Positions 1 through 8,725 of a stretch of DNA of 37,076 nt are shown here, in pieces; position 1 is the first letter of the stretch; every line of letters begins with the position of its first letter. The notes under the pieces were generated by a model. The model was given only the letters and a program-made list of their open reading frames with translations. It did not search any database and was not told the DNA's origin. The DNA lies in the NCBI GenBank assembly GCA_041555695.1, contig JBFFJV010000001.1:1-37076 (forward strand), read 5' to 3'. The DNA comes from Thiohalomonadaceae bacterium. Lineage in GTDB: Bacteria; Pseudomonadota; Gammaproteobacteria; Thiohalomonadales; Thiohalomonadaceae. The position numbers and the translations under genes were made by a program.

Positions 1-1326
1 AGTAACGATGAAATCGGTCACATGTCCGGTGCGCTGAACAACATGCTTAAGGTAATCCACGGCGCGTTCGACGTTGTAAGCCAGGCGGCGCTCGCTGTAG
101 ATAGCAGTGCGAACGATGTGGCCGGACGCGCTTCTGCCAACCGTTCTCGTGCGCAGCAGCAGCAACAACGTGCGCAGGAGGCATCACAGGTAATCGGTGA
201 AATGGGTGCGACGGCCGGTAAGGTTCGGAACGCTACCGCAGCCCAGCAGGAGGCGGCTGTGGCATCGCAGGGACGAGTTGCTGAGCTGCTGCAGAAAATG
301 CAGCAGGTAGCCTCTACCGCCATGTCTTCCGATGCTGAGGTACAACAGACTCTTGAGCGCGTAGGCGAGATGGGTGAAACCGGTGCCAAGGTTGTGGCCA
401 GTGCGCAGACGCAGGAGCAGATGGTAGAGCGTGTTACCAAGTCTATCGAAGAGATGGTTAACTCGGTGGGTGAGATGCAGAACGCGGTAAACCAGGCCTC
501 TGAATATGGTCGCTCATCACTGGAAGCTGCCGAGGAGGGTGCCCGTTCGGTATCCGCAACGGTAGACGGTATGCGCTCCATCTCCGAGTCATCCGAGCAG
601 ATTTCTGAAATCATCGATGTAATCACCGAGATTGCCGAGCAAACCAACCTCCTTGCCCTTAACGCGGCGGTAGAGGCGGCCCGTGCCGGTGCGCACGGTA
701 AGGGTTTCGCGGTGGTTGCGGACGAGGTAGGTAAACTGGCGCAACGTTCATCCGAGGCGGCAAAAGAGATCACACAGTTGATCAAGGATTCAAGCTCCGG
801 CGTAGCCGAGGGTGTGCGACTTTCTGACATGTCACAACAGGCACTGCAGAAGATTGACGAAGGTGGTCGCGTAAACATGCAGGCCATCGAGGGTATCGCC
901 AAATCAGCGCAGAGTCTGAACGATGCCACCGGCCAGGTTCAGAACCTGATTGAGGAACTCAACGTACTGGCCCGTGAAATCGGGGGTATGGCGGGTGAGC
1001 AGGGTACACGTCGTGCTGCGGCACAGCGTGCGCTTGACATGGTGGTAGATTACTCCAAGTCGATCACCAATCTGGTTGCCGAGGCCAACGACAGCGTTCG
1101 GGAGATTAACAGCCAGATGGAAGGGGTTGTGGAACGCTCCAATGAGATGAACAAGATGACCGCTGAGCAGGCAAAACGTTCGCAGATGGTATCGTCCATC
1201 TCTGCTGAAACAGCCGAGGCTGCAGAGCAGACCGTGGAAGGTGCCGGTGTGGTGGTAACTGTAACCGGTGACTTGCAGAAGCAGTCGCAGAGCCTTACTG
1301 AACAGGTACAGCAGTTCAAGATCTAA
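1..1326 (+). CDS. Methyl-accepting chemotaxis protein, C-terminal part (5' end outside the window)
   Basis: Frame 1 is open from nt 1 ([15 protein letters not shown] looks like the end of a HAMP helix) to TAA at 1324-1326. It carries the invariant MCP hairpin-tip motif [38 protein letters not shown], flanked by long Ala/Gln/Glu-rich coiled-coil arms. Confidence 0.95.
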   Translation, partial: SNDEIGHMSGALNNMLKVIHGAFDVVSQAALAVDSSANDVAGRASANRSRAQQQQQRAQEASQVIGEMGATAGKVRNATAAQQEAAVASQGRVAELLQKMQQVASTAMSSDAEVQQTLERVGEMGETGAKVVASAQTQEQMVERVTKSIEEMVNSVGEMQNAVNQASEYGRSSLEAAEEGARSVSATVDGMRSISESSEQISEIIDVITEIAEQTNLLALNAAVEAARAGAHGKGFAVVADEVGKLAQRSSEAAKEITQLIKDSSSGVAEGVRLSDMSQQALQKIDEGGRVNMQAIEGIAKSAQSLNDATGQVQNLIEELNVLAREIGGMAGEQGTRRAAAQRALDMVVDYSKSITNLVAEANDSVREINSQMEGVVERSNEMNKMTAEQAKRSQMVSSISAETAEAAEQTVEGAGVVVTVTGDLQKQSQSLTEQVQQFKI

Positions 1327-1418
1327 ACGGATTGCCAGGGTGCCATGTGGCCTGAGAATGACAGGCCCATGGTTTGGCAGATGTTTGCAGACTGTACCGA
1401 TATTCAGGGGATAGTGTT

Positions 1419-1961
1419 ATGGCGGAAAGAGTAGGATTTGACAAGATAGAAGAGGATGAAGATGAGGGCATGCTACAGCTTGTCGGCTTTGATATTGCCG
1501 ATGAGCAGTTTGGTGTCGATATCCTCATGGTGCAGGAGATCATCCGTTCGGCAAAGGTCACCTCAGTGCCCAACTCGCCGGAGTTTGTTGAGGGGGTGAT
1601 TAATTTGCGCGGTAATATCATTCCGGTGGTCGATCTGCGCAAACGTCTTTACCTCTACAATGAGGCATCAGAGCAGAAGCGTTCGTGGGTACTCATCCTT
1701 AATATCGGTGAGCGTGTTGTTGGCTTTATCGTCGATCAGGTTACGCACGTTATCAAAGTATCGGAAGATAGTGTGCAGCCACCACCGGAGATCGTGATCT
1801 CCGGCCTGGAGAGCCAGTACATTCAGGGTGTATGCGAGTTGGGTAACAGCCTGCTGGTGATCCTCAACTTCTCGCGTGTACTGTTTAGTGATGAGTACAA
1901 CATGTTGCAGGACCTTGAGAGCGAAGAGATCGTGCTTGATGAGGAGATGATGGTCGATTAA
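1419..1961 (+). CDS. cheW: CheW coupling protein
   Basis: CheW-domain sequence (LVGFDIADEQFGVDILMVQEIIR...VINLRGNIIPVVDLRKRL...GFIVDQV). I prefer the ATG at 1419, preceded by GGGGA, over the TTG at 1374 given in the ORF track. The C-terminal tail is acidic. Confidence 0.9.
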   Translation: MAERVGFDKIEEDEDEGMLQLVGFDIADEQFGVDILMVQEIIRSAKVTSVPNSPEFVEGVINLRGNIIPVVDLRKRLYLYNEASEQKRSWVLILNIGERVVGFIVDQVTHVIKVSEDSVQPPPEIVISGLESQYIQGVCELGNSLLVILNFSRVLFSDEYNMLQDLESEEIVLDEEMMVD

Positions 1962-1985
1962 CTCACCATCGGAGTGGATAGTGTA

Positions 1986-2333
1986 ATGGGTAAAAATGTT
2001 CTGATAGTCGAAGACTCTGCGATGATGCGAAAGATCATCACCAAGGAGTTGGTCAATGCCGGCCACACCATTATTGGTGAGGCCAGTGACGGTGCGGAAG
2101 CGGTACAGATGTACCAGAGTCTTAGACCTGAAATCGTCACCATGGACATTACGATGCGTGGCATGGACGGTTTTACTGCTGCCCAGGAGATCCTCGCCAT
2201 TGATCCGGATGCGAAGATCCTTATCCTCTCCAACCTCAATGAAGATAAGTACCGGGACAAGGCTGAAAAGCTGGGTGTCATTGGTCTGGTAAATAAGCAT
2301 AAATCGAGTGAGATTCTTGATCTCATCGGTTGA
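1986..2333 (+). CDS. cheY: Single-domain CheY-like response regulator
   Basis: Receiver-domain hallmarks: VLIVEDS, phospho-acceptor context IVTMDITMRGMDG, and a conserved Lys in LVNKH. The ATG at 1986 has GGAG upstream. The alternative start is GTG at 1974. Confidence 0.9.
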   Translation: MGKNVLIVEDSAMMRKIITKELVNAGHTIIGEASDGAEAVQMYQSLRPEIVTMDITMRGMDGFTAAQEILAIDPDAKILILSNLNEDKYRDKAEKLGVIGLVNKHKSSEILDLIG

Positions 2334-2425
2334 AAGTTCTCGTCCTGGCACTTCGTGCCTCAGCGCGCTGAGTGGCGTTCTGGGAGCCGTGGGCAATGGA
2401 ACCATTGAGCATATAGGGAATGGTT

Positions 2426-5400
2426 ATGAGTAATATCGATTTGTCACTTCTTCCCGATTTCATCGTGGAGGCGGAGGAGCATCTCGAAGAGATGGAGGCG
2501 CTGCTGCTAAGACTGGTGCAGCAACCCGATGATCTGGAAGTGCTTAACGATATCTTTCGTCCGATCCACACCATAAAAGGTGGCGCGCAATATATCGGTC
2601 TGGAAAAGATCTCTCAACTATCACATCGTCTTGAGGACTTGCTGGATCTGTTGCGAGAAGGCTCCATGGTCTCCAACAGTGAGATTGTGGAAACCCTGAT
2701 AACTGCTGCCGACAGAATCAAACTACTGGTCAGTGAGCTGGAAGCACACCAGAGTGAAGATTCTGATGTCGATGAACTGGTTTCCAGTCTTACCTACTGG
2801 ATTGATGGTGACAGTGCCAGCCCTGAGGTCGCGGTTTCTACTGAGGACTCCCGCGGCAGTGAGATGGTAGAGCAGAGCATTGCTTCACCCTATGCGGCAG
2901 AAGAAGACAAGGAACTCTATGCCATCTTCGAGGCGCATTTGCAGGAACAGTTTGGTGAGCTTTCGGTACTGCTAAATCAGCTGGCATCAGGCGGTGATGT
3001 CACAGCACTGTTGCAACAGTCACTCAACGTGCTGGAGCAGATGCGCTCCTCAGCAAACTATATGGATTACGTTGATTTGGTGCAGCGCTACCAAATCTGG
3101 AAGAGTGACCTGGAAGCCGCCTTGCATCGTAGCAACAATGGCGAGCAGCTACAGCTTGAGTCGCTGTCACGCAATATGCGGGAACTGACAGAGCTGTTTC
3201 CCATTCTTCAATCAGTAGAAGTTCCGCTCTCTAGCGGCTTGGCTGAGGCTGCCCCTGCTGCTGATGAGCAGGTGGATATAACTGATGCGGTTGCGCGTGC
3301 CTTCGCCGAGGCATCAGCGGGTGCTACAGAGGCTGATAACCCATCTAATGATGAGGCTGCAGGCAATATTGATCTTTCCCTGCTTCCCGATTTTATTGTC
3401 GAGACAGAAGAGCACCTTGATGAGATGGAGGCTCTGCTGCTGAAGTTGATGCTGCAGCCTGATGACCGCGATGTGTTAAATGACATCTTTCGTCCCATCC
3501 ACTCCATTAAGGGGAGTGCGCAGTACATCGGTTTAACCAAAATATCACGCCTTAGTCATGTGCTTGAGGACCTGCTCGACCTGCTACGCCAGGGTGATCT
3601 CGAGTCAAACTTTACTATCGTCGAAACATTGATTGCGGCACGTGATCGTATTTTGCGTATTAACGATGAGTTAAAACAGCACCAGCAGGAAGATTCAGAT
3701 GTTGCTGATCTGATCGAGGCACTGAACCGGCTGCTGCCGGCATCGACACCCGTGGCAGAAGATGCTGCTTCTTCTTCCGTAACGGCCGGGGCCCCAGCCA
3801 TCTCCTCCATTGAGTCGTCTAGTTCCGCCGTCGTCTCACCTTATCAGGAGGAGGATGATAAGGAGCTATTTGAAATCTTCCTGGGGCATTTGCAAGAGCA
3901 GTATGATGAGCTGGTCATACTGCTGCAGGATATTGCGGGTGGCGCTGACAAGGTGGCGGCGTTGACGGGTTGTTCGGAGGTGGTCGCTAAGATGTCCTCC
4001 TCGGCCAACTACATGGATTATGTCGATCTGGTGCAGCGCTACAAGATTTGGCAAAACGAGATCACCAAGGCACAAGATGATCTGCTGGCCGGGACTGAAA
4101 CCTCGATCGCCTTTATGCAGCATAATCTGGATGAACTGGCTGCACTGTTTCCGCAATTACGCTCGGCGGATGCCGCGGTCATCGGTAGCACAGAGTCCAG
4201 CATTAAAGTGGTCGTGAATGAGCCTGTGGTCGGTGGTCTGGAAGATACCCTGGCTAAGAAGGCCTCTGCTGAGCGCACCGCCGCGGCACAGAGTGCCTCT
4301 TCTGCCTTCGATGCGCAGCTATTTAATAGCCTGGCTGGTGCCCTTGACCGCTCTATGCCTCAGGCATCCAGTGATGAGTATGAAACGCTCAATCAGATCT
4401 TTGATGAGTTGGTATCGGGTGAGCCAGAGCAAAAAGCTGAATCTGTTGCAGCACCAGCGAAACCGCTGGCAAGGGCGAAGCCTGCTGCGACGGCTGAAGC
4501 ACAGAAGAAATCTGCAGAGAGCAAGATTAAGAAAAGCGTCCGTGTGGATGCTGAGAAAATCGACACCCTGATGAATCAGGTGGGTGAGCTGGTGGTCGAC
4601 CGTTCCTACTTCTTCCAGCTGATGTCAGAAATGCGCAATCTGCAGCGCCACCTCAAGGATACCCTGGGGCTGGAGCAGAAAGAGGTGAAGATGCTGCGCA
4701 CCTTTACCTATCGTCTCGGTGAGGCAATCGCCTCGTTAGGCCGCACCTCCAATGACCTGCAGGAAGGTGTGATGAAGATGCGCATGCTGCCCATCTCTCA
4801 GATCTTCAATCGTTACCCAAGACTGGTACATGACCTCACGCGTAACAGCGAGAAGAAGGTTAACCTGGTGGTCAAGGGTGAGGATACTGAACTGGATCGC
4901 ATGATTGTTGAAGAGCTGTCTGATCCGCTGATCCACATTATTCGCAACTCTGTTGATCATGGACTGGAAGTCGAGTCTGAACGGCGGGAGAAGGGCAAAA
5001 ATGATGAAGGAACCCTGGTGCTCGAAGCGTACCAGGAGAGTAACCACATTGTTATCGAAGTCACCGACGACGGTAAGGGTATCGACCCGAATAAGGTTCG
5101 CCAAAAGGCAATCGAGAAAGGTCTCTACAGTGCCGAAGAGCTGGATCGCTTTACCAGTGATGAGTTGATAGCGTTGATCATGACCGCCGGCTTCTCGACC
5201 GCGGACAAGATCACGGGTACCTCCGGGCGAGGTGTCGGTATGGATGTGGTGAAGAAGAACATCGAGAAGCTTAACGGCACACTGGAGATTGATTCCAGAG
5301 TGGGTGTCGGGACGCAAATGCGCCTGAAGATTCCGCTGACCCTTGCCATTATCCACGCGCTGATGGTTCGTGTGAGTGATGATCTCTTTACCATTCCGCT

Positions 5401-5854
5401 GGCTAATGTTGACGAGACGGTACGTATTTTCAAGGATGAGACCTTTACCGTTGAGGGCGTCGAGGTGATTCATCTACGTGGTGAGACATTGCCGATATTC
5501 CGCCTATCTACCCTGTTTGGGGCGACGGGTGTCCAGGAGGGGGAAAAGTCCTTCGTCGTGATCGTGAGTGTTGGCGGACAACGTACCGGTTTTGTCGTTG
5601 ATGAGCTGTTGGGTCAGGAAGAGGTGGTCATCAAGCCGCTGGCAGATTATGTGCAGGACAAGAGCGGGTTCTCTGGCGCCACCATCATCGGTGATGGGCG
5701 TATTTCACTCATCCTCGATGCCTATGAGATGGTGCGTATGACCGCTAACAAACAGGCGAAAAGGCAGAAGCAGCAAGCGGATATGCTCAAGTCGAAGATT
5801 CGAAGAAAGGGCATGCCATCCCGCACTGCGGTTGTTGAAGGTGCTGCCGAGTAG
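2426..5854 (+). CDS. cheA: CheA histidine kinase with two Hpt (P1) domains
   Basis: There are two Hpt H-boxes (FRPIHTIKGGAQYIG and FRPIHSIKGSAQYIG). After an Ala/Ser/Pro linker come a dimerisation region, an HATPase_c domain (HIIRNSVDHG, DDGKGID, GRGVGMDVV) and a C-terminal CheW-like P5 domain (GFVVDELLGQEEVVIKPL). The ATG at 2426 is better spaced from AGGGA than the ATG at 2420. Confidence 0.93.
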   Translation: MSNIDLSLLPDFIVEAEEHLEEMEALLLRLVQQPDDLEVLNDIFRPIHTIKGGAQYIGLEKISQLSHRLEDLLDLLREGSMVSNSEIVETLITAADRIKLLVSELEAHQSEDSDVDELVSSLTYWIDGDSASPEVAVSTEDSRGSEMVEQSIASPYAAEEDKELYAIFEAHLQEQFGELSVLLNQLASGGDVTALLQQSLNVLEQMRSSANYMDYVDLVQRYQIWKSDLEAALHRSNNGEQLQLESLSRNMRELTELFPILQSVEVPLSSGLAEAAPAADEQVDITDAVARAFAEASAGATEADNPSNDEAAGNIDLSLLPDFIVETEEHLDEMEALLLKLMLQPDDRDVLNDIFRPIHSIKGSAQYIGLTKISRLSHVLEDLLDLLRQGDLESNFTIVETLIAARDRILRINDELKQHQQEDSDVADLIEALNRLLPASTPVAEDAASSSVTAGAPAISSIESSSSAVVSPYQEEDDKELFEIFLGHLQEQYDELVILLQDIAGGADKVAALTGCSEVVAKMSSSANYMDYVDLVQRYKIWQNEITKAQDDLLAGTETSIAFMQHNLDELAALFPQLRSADAAVIGSTESSIKVVVNEPVVGGLEDTLAKKASAERTAAAQSASSAFDAQLFNSLAGALDRSMPQASSDEYETLNQIFDELVSGEPEQKAESVAAPAKPLARAKPAATAEAQKKSAESKIKKSVRVDAEKIDTLMNQVGELVVDRSYFFQLMSEMRNLQRHLKDTLGLEQKEVKMLRTFTYRLGEAIASLGRTSNDLQEGVMKMRMLPISQIFNRYPRLVHDLTRNSEKKVNLVVKGEDTELDRMIVEELSDPLIHIIRNSVDHGLEVESERREKGKNDEGTLVLEAYQESNHIVIEVTDDGKGIDPNKVRQKAIEKGLYSAEELDRFTSDELIALIMTAGFSTADKITGTSGRGVGMDVVKKNIEKLNGTLEIDSRVGVGTQMRLKIPLTLAIIHALMVRVSDDLFTIPLANVDETVRIFKDETFTVEGVEVIHLRGETLPIFRLSTLFGATGVQEGEKSFVVIVSVGGQRTGFVVDELLGQEEVVIKPLADYVQDKSGFSGATIIGDGRISLILDAYEMVRMTANKQAKRQKQQADMLKSKIRRKGMPSRTAVVEGAAE
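2432..4170 (+). repeat. In-frame tandem duplication inside cheA (two modules of about 0.8-0.93 kb, offset exactly 933 nt = 311 codons)
   Basis: NIDLSLLPDFIVE(A/T)EEHL starts at 2432 and again at 3365. Similarity continues through the Hpt domains, the SPY..E(E/D)DKEL(Y/F).IF helices, the SSANYMDYVDLVQRY(Q/K)IW block and the ...LFP.L(Q/R)S ends near 3215 and 4170. Confidence 0.9.
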
Positions 5855-5894
5855 GACGTGGCATTTCTGTGCTCAAATACAAAGCTTCGTAAAT

Positions 5895-6956
5895 ATGGCT
5901 AATAAAATAAAAGTACTCATTGTTGATGACGCCTCCTTCATGGTGAAGGCGTTACGCGACATTCTGGATTCTGATCACGATATCGAGGTGGTGGGAAGCG
6001 CGCGCAATGGGAAAGATGCAGTCGAGAAGATTAAGAAGCTGCGTCCGGATGTTATTACCCTTGATGTCGATATGCCGGTGATGGATGGTATTCAGGCCAT
6101 TCGTCACATCATGATTGAGTGTCCGGTTCCTATCGTTATGTTGAGCTCACTGTTTGCCCATGGTGATATCACCTTTGAGGCATTGCGTCTTGGCGTAGTC
6201 GATTTTTTGCCCAAACCATCAGGGGCTATTTCAACAGATATCCATACCCAGCGTGCCGAGCTGGTTGAACGCGTCAAGCTTGCGGCATCAATTAAGCTGC
6301 ACAATGTGCAACGGGTGAAGCTTAATAAAGTTGATGCCCGCGAAGATATTACCAGTCGCTACCAGTATCAGTCGCTTGATTATCTGATGGCGATAGGAAC
6401 CACTCTGGGTGGACCCGGTTCAATTATTCGCCTGCTCTCATCGTTACCGCAAGATGTGCCTGCAGCGATAGTGGCAACCCAGGATATTGAACCGAAGATC
6501 CTTCCCGAATTTGTTAATGAGTTCGACCAGTATTCACCGTGGAAGATTGAGGTTGGAACTCGGTCAACGATATTACAGCAGGGTGTTTGTTATGTCTGTT
6601 CTACCCGGGTACCGATGAAGATCGGTATCAATGAGCAGAATGAGTCGATTCTGTTGCCCTGTGAGTCAGATGAGTCACCACTGAATGCGCTGTTTTCCTC
6701 TGCGGCGGAGGTATTTGAAAACCATACGGTGGGTGTGATCATGACAGGGCATGGTGATGATGGTAAAGAAGGGTTTGCGACAATTCAGAAGCATGGTGGT
6801 TTGACCCTTGCTCAGGAAACCCAAACCTGTGTCTATCCAAACCTGACACAGTGTGCCATAGAAAGCGGGGTGGTGGATAAGATTGTCTCCATCACAGAAC
6901 TGTCCTCGCAATTGGTCGACGCGGTGATGCAGTCCGAGGGAACTGGCATGGCATAA
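5895..6956 (+). CDS. cheB: CheB-like response regulator with a divergent (probably triad-less) methylesterase domain
   Basis: The N-terminal receiver is intact (KVLIVDDASFM, ITLDVDMPVMDG, FLPKP). The C-terminal domain aligns with CheB_methylest (LMAIGTTLGGPGS, GVIMTGHGDDG), but positions that are Ser and His in E. coli CheB read Thr and Asp. I chose the ATG at 5895; the TTG at 5832 in the ORF track overlaps cheA. Confidence 0.85.
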   Translation: MANKIKVLIVDDASFMVKALRDILDSDHDIEVVGSARNGKDAVEKIKKLRPDVITLDVDMPVMDGIQAIRHIMIECPVPIVMLSSLFAHGDITFEALRLGVVDFLPKPSGAISTDIHTQRAELVERVKLAASIKLHNVQRVKLNKVDAREDITSRYQYQSLDYLMAIGTTLGGPGSIIRLLSSLPQDVPAAIVATQDIEPKILPEFVNEFDQYSPWKIEVGTRSTILQQGVCYVCSTRVPMKIGINEQNESILLPCESDESPLNALFSSAAEVFENHTVGVIMTGHGDDGKEGFATIQKHGGLTLAQETQTCVYPNLTQCAIESGVVDKIVSITELSSQLVDAVMQSEGTGMA

Positions 6957-6988
6957 GTGTGCCATCATAGAACAACATAGGTATTTTA

Positions 6989-7939
6989 ATGATTATCTCA
7001 TGCCCCAAGTGCGGGACGAAATATAACGTCGACAAAGAGCGCTTCAACAAGCCGAATCCAAAGGTTCGTTGTGTGAAGTGTAAGAGTGTTTTTGTTGTAC
7101 GTATTGTGAAGAAGAGTTCCGATTCGGCAGCCACTAATACGCCGGTAGTGGCTGCACCACGCAAGTCATTCGTGGATACCAGTCCCTGTGTCACGGTGAC
7201 GGTATGCAATCAGAAGGGTGGGGTGTCGAAGACGAGCACCTGTCTGAATCTTGGGGTATCTCTTGCCGCACAGGGAAAAAAGGTGTTGCTGGTCGACTTT
7301 GATGTGCAGGCTAATCTCACCAGCCTGTTGCACCACCATGGGGCCAGGTCCTTCTTCGATGTGATGGGGAGTAGTGAGGCGAAGATTGAGGACTATATTC
7401 TCAGTACCGACTATGGCGTATCGTTGTTGCCCTCAAACAGCAAGATGGCCCTGCTGGCAAAGAAACATATGCAGCAGGGGGATTTTGAATACCTGCTGGC
7501 AGAAAAGTTGATTGCGATTAAGCCGGAATTTGATTTTATTATTATCGATACCCCTCCCTCTGGTGACTTCTTTACCCTGAACTCACTGCTGGCCTCCGAT
7601 TTGGCGATCATTCCTACTCAATGCGAATACCTTTCGCTCAACGGTGTTGAGCATATTGTGCGCATGATTTCGGTGATCAATGATAAGCGCGGCCATGGGC
7701 TGAAGTACAAAGTGCTGGTGGCTATGTACAATAAGGAGATAACGGCGGCCAACGTGATCCTCGATAAGCTTAAGTCAAAATATACGGATAATTTACTCAG
7801 CACCACCATTACGATGGATGGGGCGGTACAGGAGTCACACATTACCCAGAAGCCTCTCTACCACTACAACAAACAGAGTAATGCGTCACAGGAATATGTA
7901 GCGCTGGCGAACGAATTGCTGGGGCTGAGTATTAAGTAA
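6989..7939 (+). CDS. MJ0042-type zinc-ribbon fused to a ParA/MinD-family ATPase
   Basis: The N-terminus MIISCPKCGTKYNVDKERFNKPNPKVRCVKCKSVF has a CxxC...CxxC pattern typical of the MJ0042 finger family. After a linker come a deviant Walker A (NQKGGVSKTS), Walker A' (LLVDFDVQANLT) and Walker B (FIIIDTPPS). It sits directly after cheB. Confidence 0.85.
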   Translation: MIISCPKCGTKYNVDKERFNKPNPKVRCVKCKSVFVVRIVKKSSDSAATNTPVVAAPRKSFVDTSPCVTVTVCNQKGGVSKTSTCLNLGVSLAAQGKKVLLVDFDVQANLTSLLHHHGARSFFDVMGSSEAKIEDYILSTDYGVSLLPSNSKMALLAKKHMQQGDFEYLLAEKLIAIKPEFDFIIIDTPPSGDFFTLNSLLASDLAIIPTQCEYLSLNGVEHIVRMISVINDKRGHGLKYKVLVAMYNKEITAANVILDKLKSKYTDNLLSTTITMDGAVQESHITQKPLYHYNKQSNASQEYVALANELLGLSIK

Positions 7940-7942
7940 TAT

Positions 7943-8710
7943 ATGAAGCATCTACTTACGAGATATTCTTATCCGCTGATCTCTTTTTCAGTGGTGCTTA
8001 CCCTGTGGGAGGTTGCCTCCAGGCTCAGTGGTTGGAGTGCGCAGGTGTTTCCTGGTCCGCTGATGGTGGCTGAAGGGGGGATTGAGCTACTGCTGAATGG
8101 CAAGTTACTGCGCGACTCTGTGGCTAGTCTGTTTCGTGTCACGATTGGTTTTGACCTGGCGGTTTTGATTGGGATTCCTCTGGGAATTGTCCTGGGCCGC
8201 ATGAGCCGGCTGAGCAAATTCGTCAATCCGCTGATTCAGTTCTTACGCCCGATTTCTCCGCTGGCCTGGATCCCGCTGGCAATGCTGTGGTTTGGTATCG
8301 GGGAGAAACCGGCGATATTTCTGATCTTCCTCTCCTGCTTTTTCCCGCTGGTGACATCGACAGTGATCGCTGTCTACTCGATAAAACCCATCTACTTTCA
8401 AGTGGCGTCTAACTTCGGTTTCTCCCGTCGTGAGGTATTGTTCAAGGTGATCTTCCCGGCCATTCTGCCTGAAGTCATTACCGCGCTTCGTATGACTATC
8501 GGGATCGCATGGCTGGTGGTGGTGGCAGCCGAGATGATTGCTGTGCAGTCCGGGCTGGGTTATTTGATCCTCGATTCACGAAATGCACTGCGTATGGACT
8601 ATGTGATGGTGGGCATGATTACCATTGGTATTATCGGCATTATGCTCGACTACCTGATGCGTCGCCTGTCTGAGATTCAAGAGGTTAAATGGCGCACTCT
8701 GGCGTCATAG
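7943..8710 (+). CDS. ABC transporter permease, NitT/TauT (nitrate/sulfonate/taurine) family
   Basis: The protein is 255 aa and multi-pass hydrophobic, with a BPD_transp_1-like EAA region (...AAEMIAVQSGLGYLI). It starts 3 nt after the ParA-like stop codon. Confidence 0.85.
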   Translation: MKHLLTRYSYPLISFSVVLTLWEVASRLSGWSAQVFPGPLMVAEGGIELLLNGKLLRDSVASLFRVTIGFDLAVLIGIPLGIVLGRMSRLSKFVNPLIQFLRPISPLAWIPLAMLWFGIGEKPAIFLIFLSCFFPLVTSTVIAVYSIKPIYFQVASNFGFSRREVLFKVIFPAILPEVITALRMTIGIAWLVVVAAEMIAVQSGLGYLILDSRNALRMDYVMVGMITIGIIGIMLDYLMRRLSEIQEVKWRTLAS

Positions 8711-8725
8711 GGACAGGTTTCGGTA

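Noticed and set aside
18-929. 303-aa minus-strand ORF rich in Cys, Ser and Ala
   Set aside because: It is antisense to the MCP gene. The low-complexity composition mirrors the Ala/Gln/Glu codons of the coiled coil.
2346-2360. TGGCAC motif as a sigma-54 promoter upstream of cheA
   Set aside because: The GC of the would-be -12 element is 2 nt too close to the GG of the -24 element and there is no TTGC(A/T). The sequence is better explained as a hairpin.
4736-5473. 245-aa minus-strand ORF, and other 60-250-aa ORFs inside cheW/cheY/cheA (for example 1668-2405, 3208-3540, 5125-5433)
   Set aside because: All of them overlap well-supported che genes in other frames and have no family features.
5832-5894. 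TTG-initiated extension of cheB overlapping cheA
   Set aside because: The receiver domain starts right after the ATG at 5895 (MANKIKVLIVDD), and the extension has no function-like sequence.
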